The position numbers and the translations under genes were made by a program. Below are positions 58,229 to 64,000 of a DNA stretch of 64,000 nt, piece after piece. Within the stretch, counting starts at the first letter, position 1. Each line of letters opens with the position of its first letter. The stretch is from Candidatus Bipolaricaulota bacterium. Lineage in GTDB: Bacteria > Bipolaricaulota > Bipolaricaulia > RBG-16-55-9 > DRXL01. A model generated the notes under the pieces. That model was given only the letters and a program-made list of their open reading frames with translations, had not been told where the DNA came from and did no database searches. Location of the stretch: NCBI GenBank assembly GCA_938091745.1, contig CALLJK010000002.1, positions 26,842-90,841 on the forward strand. The letters are read 5' to 3'.

Positions 58229-59329
58229 ATGAGCCGAGGCGGATTGGCACGGATTAAAGTGATCGGCGTTGGGGGTGGCGGGGGCAACGCCGTTGACCGC
58301 ATGAAGAAGGCCAAAGTCAAAGATGTCGAACTGATCGCGGTCAACACCGATGCCCAGGTGCTCTCGATCATCGAAGCGGACCGCACTGTTCAGATTGGGG
58401 CGAAGCTCACCGCGGGATTGGGGGCTGGGGGAAACCCAGAGATCGGGCGCAAGGCCGCCGAGGAGTCCGAAGCCGAGCTTGCAGCACTCTTAGAAGACAC
58501 CGATATGGTCTTCTTAACCGCAGGGATGGGCGGGGGCACCGGTACTGGGGCTGCGCCGGTTATTGCGCGCTTGGCTCGCGAAGCCGGCGTGCTCACCGTC
58601 GCTATTGTGACTAAGCCGTTCTCGTTCGAAGGGCGGCTGCGAGCCGAGCGCGCCAAGAAGGGCATCGAAGAGCTCAAACAATATGTCGACACGCTCATCG
58701 CCATCCCCAACGATAGACTTTTGAAAGTCGCCCCGCCGGAGATGCCCTTAGTTAAAGCGTTCGAGCTCGCCGATGAGATATTGCGTCAGGGCATCCAGGG
58801 GATCTCCGATCTCATCACGACCCCAGGGATGATCAATCTCGACTTCGCTGATATCGAGTCGACGATGCGCAACGCCGGGACGGCGCTTATGGGCATCGGC
58901 GAAGGCGAGGGCGAGAACCGCACTCGTGACGCCGCACGCAACGCGATCACCAGCCCACTCTTGGAAGGCTCCATCGAGGGCGCTCAGAAGCTCATCTTAA
59001 ACATCACCGGTGGGCCAGATCTCTCCCTTGAAGAAGTCACTGAAGCGGCTTCACTCATCCGGGATACGCTCTCCGATCAAGCTGATATCTTCTTTGGTGC
59101 CGTGGTGCGCGAGGGCTTCGAGCGCGTGCGCATCACTGTGATCGCCACGGGGTTCAAGGAGCGCGAAGAACTCTCCAAGGAAGAGAAGCTCGAGCGTGGC
59201 ATCGAGATACTCGACGAAGAGGACGAAGAAGAGCTGATCGAGAAGGTCGAGCGCAGCATCCGCAAGGATCGCGCCCGCTCCGACGATTGGGATATCCCGA
59301 CATTCTTACGCAAGCGCAAGAACGACTAA
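58229..59329 (+). CDS. ftsZ: Cell division protein FtsZ
   Basis: GVGGGGGNA, GMGGGTGTG, INLDFAD, C-terminal DIPTFLR. Confidence 0.98.
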   Translation: MSRGGLARIKVIGVGGGGGNAVDRMKKAKVKDVELIAVNTDAQVLSIIEADRTVQIGAKLTAGLGAGGNPEIGRKAAEESEAELAALLEDTDMVFLTAGMGGGTGTGAAPVIARLAREAGVLTVAIVTKPFSFEGRLRAERAKKGIEELKQYVDTLIAIPNDRLLKVAPPEMPLVKAFELADEILRQGIQGISDLITTPGMINLDFADIESTMRNAGTALMGIGEGEGENRTRDAARNAITSPLLEGSIEGAQKLILNITGGPDLSLEEVTEAASLIRDTLSDQADIFFGAVVREGFERVRITVIATGFKEREELSKEEKLERGIEILDEEDEEELIEKVERSIRKDRARSDDWDIPTFLRKRKND

Positions 59330-60456
59330 AAGTCCATTCTAATGGGCATACAGACGTATAAGAAGCCCTGATCGGCCTCGCTATCTCCTGGCTCGAGCAA
59401 CCCCGCACTCTCCGCATCCGCCAGCCATAACGTGACTTCATCGCTCTCCAGACGCTTGAGCGCATCTATCAGATACTCGGCGCGAAAGCTGATCTTGATG
59501 GGCTTGGCCTTCTTCTTCAAGGGGAGCTCTTCGTGAGTCTCCCCCTTCTCCGCTGCTTGCGAACTCACGCGCAAGAGAGAATTCTCGACACTCAAGATCA
59601 CAGCGTCGGACTCTTCAGCGGCCGTGATCTGCGCACGCTGCAGCGCCTCTAAAAAGCGCTTTCTCTCTAAAGATACTCCGATGGGGTTCTCTTTCGGGAT
59701 GACCTTCTCAAAATCGGGGTACGCTTCTTCAATCAGCCGCCCGACGAACACCACAGAACCCGCTTTGAAGAAGAGATAATTCTCAGACTGATAGAGCTCG
59801 ACGGTTTCCGCGTCTAGTTGAGCTAAGATACCCGCCAGATCGCGCAGGGAGTCTGCCGCCACAAGAAACTCCCCTTCCCGAGAGGCTTTCTGCGCTAACG
59901 GCTCGGCTTTCAATGCCAACCGATAGCCGTTGGTCGCCACCACTTTGAGGGTCTCTCGCTCGAGGACCATATTGACACCCGTCAGGCTCAAGCGAGACGT
60001 CTCGCGCGCGGGAAGCGCCGCGTAGGCCACAAGCTCTAAGCTACGCTCGAGCTGAGACTTCTCCAGCACACAGATGGGTTTGTCGGGCAGGGACGGCACC
60101 TCAGGATAGTCTTCTAACGAGAGCCGAAAGAGATCGAACGTCGCCCCACCAGAGGTGATCTCGACTTTGCCTGTGCCGGGAATTGTCTTGAGCTCAACCG
60201 TATCAGCAGGCAGAGTGCTCGCGATCTTCACTAAGAGTTCGCCGTTGAGCACCAGGGCTTCATCGCCGCCGCGGTTCTCTATCGGGACAGAGCACCAGAT
60301 AGCCCGTTCTAAGTCGGTCGCATAGAGCGTCAATTGATTCTTCTTTGTCTCGAGCTTGAGCCCGGCCAAGATGGGCATACTCGTGGCTCTCCCCATGGCG
60401 CGACTGACGGTCTTCACCCCTGCGAGAAACTCGGTCCGTCCGCACGAAAATTCCAT
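59326..60456 (-). CDS. dnaN: DNA polymerase III beta sliding clamp
   Basis: PIL.G, ATDLE, ATNGYRLA, RLIE..YPDFEKVIP, C-terminal YVCMPIR. Confidence 0.93.
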   Translation of the reverse strand: MEFSCGRTEFLAGVKTVSRAMGRATSMPILAGLKLETKKNQLTLYATDLERAIWCSVPIENRGGDEALVLNGELLVKIASTLPADTVELKTIPGTGKVEITSGGATFDLFRLSLEDYPEVPSLPDKPICVLEKSQLERSLELVAYAALPARETSRLSLTGVNMVLERETLKVVATNGYRLALKAEPLAQKASREGEFLVAADSLRDLAGILAQLDAETVELYQSENYLFFKAGSVVFVGRLIEEAYPDFEKVIPKENPIGVSLERKRFLEALQRAQITAAEESDAVILSVENSLLRVSSQAAEKGETHEELPLKKKAKPIKISFRAEYLIDALKRLESDEVTLWLADAESAGLLEPGDSEADQGFLYVCMPIRMDF

Positions 60457-60459
60457 ACT

Positions 60460-61077
60460 CTATCCTCCTCCTTGAAAGAGCGATTGCACTGCCGTCCAGA
60501 TTTGCTCCGCCAGCTCCGCTGGGGGGCGCGTTCCGTCTAATAATAAACTTCGTGGGGTCTGGTGCGCCAGCTCGCGATAGCCCTGGCGCACCCGCTCGTG
60601 AAACTGCGGACCCGCGCGCTCCAGCCGATCAAATGCTCTTCTCTTGCGCGCAAACGCAATCTCCACGGGGACATCGAGTATGATCGTCAGTGACGGCTCG
60701 ATCCCGTCCGTCGCTATTCTATTGAATCTCTGCACCAGAGTGAAGTCGAGGCCCCGGCCATAGCTCTGATACGCCAAGCTGGCCATGGCGAAGCGATCCG
60801 CCAGCACTACCTGCCCCGCAGCCAGGGCGGGACGGATGATAGTGCGGGTCAGCTCGCTGCGCGACGCTTCATATAAGAAAAGCTCCGTCAGCGGTTCCAT
60901 CTCGAACGGACGATCCAATAGAATCTGACGAATCTGCTCCCCCACGGGGGTGCCTCCAGGCTCGCGAACGACAACGGGCTCTATCCCGTATGACTGCAAG
61001 CGCTCTGAGAGGGCCTGCAGCTGCGTGGACTTCCCGCACCCGTCGATGCCCTCAAAGACGATAAAGACTCCTTTCAT
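60460..61077 (-). CDS. tmk: Thymidylate kinase
   Basis: FEGIDGCGKSTQ, REPGGT, DRF..S.AYQ..GRG. Confidence 0.96.
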   Translation of the reverse strand: MKGVFIVFEGIDGCGKSTQLQALSERLQSYGIEPVVVREPGGTPVGEQIRQILLDRPFEMEPLTELFLYEASRSELTRTIIRPALAAGQVVLADRFAMASLAYQSYGRGLDFTLVQRFNRIATDGIEPSLTIILDVPVEIAFARKRRAFDRLERAGPQFHERVRQGYRELAHQTPRSLLLDGTRPPAELAEQIWTAVQSLFQGGG

Positions 61078-61541
61078 CGGGGCTCACGAGCGCTCTGGCG
61101 CTCAGAGATCAAGAGAGCAAACAGCACCAAGCCCGTCCCTATAACAATCGCCGTGTCAGCGAGATTGAAGACAGGCCAACTGAAGTTGTGCCAACGGAGT
61201 TCGAGAAAATCAATGACTGCGCCTCGGGCGAAGCGATCTATCAGATTGCCCAAAGCTCCCCCGGCGATGCAGATCAGCCCAATGGTCATAGATCGGCGCT
61301 GCGGCGGGCCCCATAGCAACAGCCCAAGAATTCCCAAACTGACCAGAGCCGCGAGAACCGCGATGACACCGCCAAAGCCCTGAAAGAGCCCAAATGCTCC
61401 ACCATCATTAGACGTCAGCATCACGCGCAAGAACCCATCGATGATCTCAACAGGCTGGCCAGGCTCCAAAACCATGAGAGCAAGCGCCTTGCTCACTTGA
61501 TCGAGCGCGATTATCCCTGCAATGGCTAAGAGTACCTTCAT
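61074..61541 (-). CDS. lspA: Lipoprotein signal peptidase II
   Basis: DQ.SK, N.GGAFG, GGALGNLIDR, VIDF, FNLAD. Confidence 0.95.
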   Translation of the reverse strand: MKVLLAIAGIIALDQVSKALALMVLEPGQPVEIIDGFLRVMLTSNDGGAFGLFQGFGGVIAVLAALVSLGILGLLLWGPPQRRSMTIGLICIAGGALGNLIDRFARGAVIDFLELRWHNFSWPVFNLADTAIVIGTGLVLFALLISERQSAREPR

Positions 61542-61631
61542 TGGGTTCAGTATAGCACGCGAGGGATTGAAGTTCAAAGCCATCTTGCACCAAGAGCGCT
61601 GTTTGTGGTATTATTCACAAGGTGAAACCCT

Positions 61632-63269
61632 ATGACCGCGAAGCCCTGGCTCCGACACTACCCTGAAGATATCCCCCACACTCTGAATTACCCAGATAAG
61701 CCACTCTATGACTTCTTGGATCGCTCGGCAGAGCAGTACGAGAAAGCACCGGCACTGATCTTCTTCGGGCAGCGAATCTCGTACGGGCAGTTGCGTGAAC
61801 TCACTGATCGCTTTGCGGCAGCACTCGTGCAGATCGGGGCCAAGCCCGGCGAAAAGATCTCGCTGATGCTCCCCAATATCCCGCAGTTTGTCATCGCGTT
61901 CTACGGCGCGCTCAAGGCAGGCCTCACCGTCATCCAGACCAACCCCCTCTACACAGAAGACGAACTCCAAGTCATCTTGGGAGACTCCCAAGCTGAGACG
62001 CTCATCACTCTAGATCGCTTCTATGAAAAAGTCTTGCACATTCGAGGGCAGACGAACCTCAAGCGCATCATTGTTACGGGGGTGCACGAGTTCTTCCCTG
62101 GGCTGCTGCGATTGGGATATCTGCTCAAGGAGCGCCCAAAGAGAATAAGACCCGCTCCCCCCAATGTCTATCTCTTCTCCGAGCTGATTCGTAGCGCTCC
62201 CGCGCATCCCCCAGAGATCCCTGTACGTCCCAGTGATATCGCGCTCTTTCAGTATACGGGAGGGACGACAGGGATTCCAAAGGGCGCGATGCTCACCCAT
62301 AGAAACTTAGTGGCGAACACGCTGCAATCGTGCTCGTGGTTCCCGCGCGCCCGCATGGCTCAAGAGACATGTCTGTGCGTGCTGCCCCTCTTCCACGTCT
62401 ATGCTATGACCGTCGCGCTCAATCTCTCCATGGCGCTCGCTGCGGCGCTCATCTTGGTCCCGCGCTTCCAGATAGACGAACTCTTAAAGATTATAGATCG
62501 TGAGCGTCCGTCGCTCTTCCCCGGCGCGCCGACGCTGTACGCCGCTATTGCGAATCATCCTCGAGTAAAAGAGTATCACGTCAGCTCGATCAAAGCATGT
62601 CTGAGCGGCTCAGCGCCGCTTCCGTTAGAAGTCAAACGGCGCTTTGAGGAGCTGACCGGCGCGTCGCTCGTTGAGGGCTATGGGCTTTCAGAAGCTTCTC
62701 CCGTGACCCACTGCAACCCGCTCTATGGGCGACAAGTTCCGGGAAGCATCGGCATTCCCTTCCCCGACACCGATGCCAAGATCGTGGACCCCACGTCAGG
62801 TCAGGAGTTGCTCGTCGGGGAGATCGGGGAACTCGTCATCCAAGGCCCCCAGGTGATGGCCGGCTATTGGAACCGTCCCGAAGAGACAGCGATGGCACTG
62901 CGCGGCGGCTGGCTGCACACGGGCGATCTGGCTCGCATGGACGAAGACGGCTATTTCTATATCGTTGACCGTCTCAAAGAGATGATCATCTGTTCGGGGT
63001 TAAAAGTCTACCCGCGCGAGGTCGAAGAAGTCTTATATAAGCATCCCAAAGTGCTCGAAGCAGCCGTGATTGGGGTGCCCGATGCCTATCGTGGCGAGAC
63101 GGTGAAAGCATTGATTGTTCCCAAGCCCGGGACAAGCCCGACTGCTGATGAGATCAAAGCATTTTGCGCGGAGCACCTGGCGAAGTACAAAGTGCCCACG
63201 ATCGTCGAGTTTCGTGACTCACTGCCCAAGAGCATCGTGGGGAAGATATTGAAGAGAGATCTGCGATGA
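61632..63269 (+). CDS. Long-chain fatty acid--CoA ligase (FadD/LcfA-like)
   Basis: QYTGGTTGIPKG, LPLFH, EGYGLSE, TGD, DRLKEMI, PKS.VGK. Confidence 0.92.
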   Translation: MTAKPWLRHYPEDIPHTLNYPDKPLYDFLDRSAEQYEKAPALIFFGQRISYGQLRELTDRFAAALVQIGAKPGEKISLMLPNIPQFVIAFYGALKAGLTVIQTNPLYTEDELQVILGDSQAETLITLDRFYEKVLHIRGQTNLKRIIVTGVHEFFPGLLRLGYLLKERPKRIRPAPPNVYLFSELIRSAPAHPPEIPVRPSDIALFQYTGGTTGIPKGAMLTHRNLVANTLQSCSWFPRARMAQETCLCVLPLFHVYAMTVALNLSMALAAALILVPRFQIDELLKIIDRERPSLFPGAPTLYAAIANHPRVKEYHVSSIKACLSGSAPLPLEVKRRFEELTGASLVEGYGLSEASPVTHCNPLYGRQVPGSIGIPFPDTDAKIVDPTSGQELLVGEIGELVIQGPQVMAGYWNRPEETAMALRGGWLHTGDLARMDEDGYFYIVDRLKEMIICSGLKVYPREVEEVLYKHPKVLEAAVIGVPDAYRGETVKALIVPKPGTSPTADEIKAFCAEHLAKYKVPTIVEFRDSLPKSIVGKILKRDLR

Positions 63270-63281
63270 GAGAGTGCGTTG

Positions 63282-63420
63282 AGGAGGCCCTCACCCCCTT
63301 CCCCTCTCACCCTCACCCTTGTAGGGGCAGGTCTGAGACCTGCCCCTACCCCCTCCGAGGGAGAGGGGAAGGGGTGAGGGGGCAAGAGGGGTGGCGCAGC
63401 CGCCGGGGTGAGGGCCCTCC
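63282..63420. repeat. Composite nested palindromic element containing a GTAG-type REP
   Basis: Outer GGCCCTCACCCC/GGGGTGAGGGCC; perfect 29-nt palindrome GTAGGGGCAGGTCT-G-AGACCTGCCCCTAC at 63321-63349. Confidence 0.88.
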
Positions 63421-63442
63421 CCTCGACACAAGGTGAAGCCCC

Positions 63443-64000
63443 ATGACTGCGAAGCCCTGGCTCCAACTTGCGACAGAGCGTTCCTTCCCAGAACCCTCTC
63501 AATGGTTGACTGCAGAAGAGCTTCGTACGTTTCAGAGAATCAAAGCATGGCAACGCCGTCAAGACTGGCTGGCGGGGCGCTGGGCCGCTAAAGGGCTTGT
63601 ACGAGAATATCTTCGTGAGAGAGCGAATCTTGCGCTTGATCCTGCCCAGATTGAGATCGGGAACGCTCCTACAGGAGCACCATTGCTCCAGCGGCCGCTC
63701 TGCAGCGAGATCCATATCTCGATTGCTCACAGTGCGGGGTATGGATTAGCGGGGCTGGCGCTGGGCGCCCCCATTGGTGTGGATTTACAACATATCCGTG
63801 CGGTGCGTCTTGATTTCCACGAGCGCGTGCTCAGCGAGCACGAGCGCGCGCAGCTTGCGCATCATTTCTCTGGGCGGGAGGGCGTGCTCGTCTTCTGGGC
63901 GCTCAAAGAAGCAGCGATCAAAGCCCAACGAACTCGTCCGACCCCGGCCCTCCGTGAGATCAGCGTCACGCTGACAGAGCCGGGGCAGGCTGAGATCTCT
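63443..64000 (+). CDS. Sfp-type 4'-phosphopantetheinyl transferase, 3'-truncated by the window edge (absent from the ORF track)
   Basis: Manual translation: MTAKPWLQ...WLAGRWAAK...ISIAHS...IGVDLQ...FWALKEAAIKA; open to the window end. Confidence 0.9.
   Translation, partial: MTAKPWLQLATERSFPEPSQWLTAEELRTFQRIKAWQRRQDWLAGRWAAKGLVREYLRERANLALDPAQIEIGNAPTGAPLLQRPLCSEIHISIAHSAGYGLAGLALGAPIGVDLQHIRAVRLDFHERVLSEHERAQLAHHFSGREGVLVFWALKEAAIKAQRTRPTPALREISVTLTEPGQAEIS

Noticed and set aside
63086-63730. 214-aa minus-strand ORF containing PPHPFPSPSEG
   Set aside because: Antisense to the ligase end, the repeat and the PPTase; the peptide match to PyrF only reflects the shared repeat.

Overview
A gene-dense, GC-rich bacterial chromosome segment. 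Gene content suggests Candidatus Bipolaricaulota/Acetothermia, but this is an inference and not verified. It is mostly housekeeping: recG (5'-truncated), gatC, rpsB-tsf-pyrH, an intein-containing dnaB, a liv-type ABC transporter, folE, thiL, argF, ilvE-gltX-glnS, folC-folB-folK-rng, tRNA-Val(CAC), pyrF, trkAH, trmY, pcm, ltaE, a secreted NHL/PQQ/CARDB cluster, a partial dcw cluster (ftsW-murG-murC-murB-ftsQ-ftsA-ftsZ), lspA-tmk-dnaN, a long-chain acyl-CoA ligase and a 3'-truncated Sfp-type PPTase. No CRISPR array, prophage, integrase or transposase was seen. Main observations: (1) an uncalled 47-aa signal-peptide-like gene with its own consensus promoter, SD and terminator, upstream of a membrane HD-GYP protein and a DUF5317-like protein whose Asp motifs mirror signal peptidase II, a candidate peptide-signalling system; (2) three consecutive genes (folB, folK, rng) that appear to start at non-canonical codons (GTA, ATC, ACG); (3) a family of palindromic repeats, two copies of which sit in frame inside protein-coding genes; (4) many apparently leaderless genes; (5) two candidate structured or small RNAs; (6) a cupredoxin domain with both His ligands replaced by Tyr.
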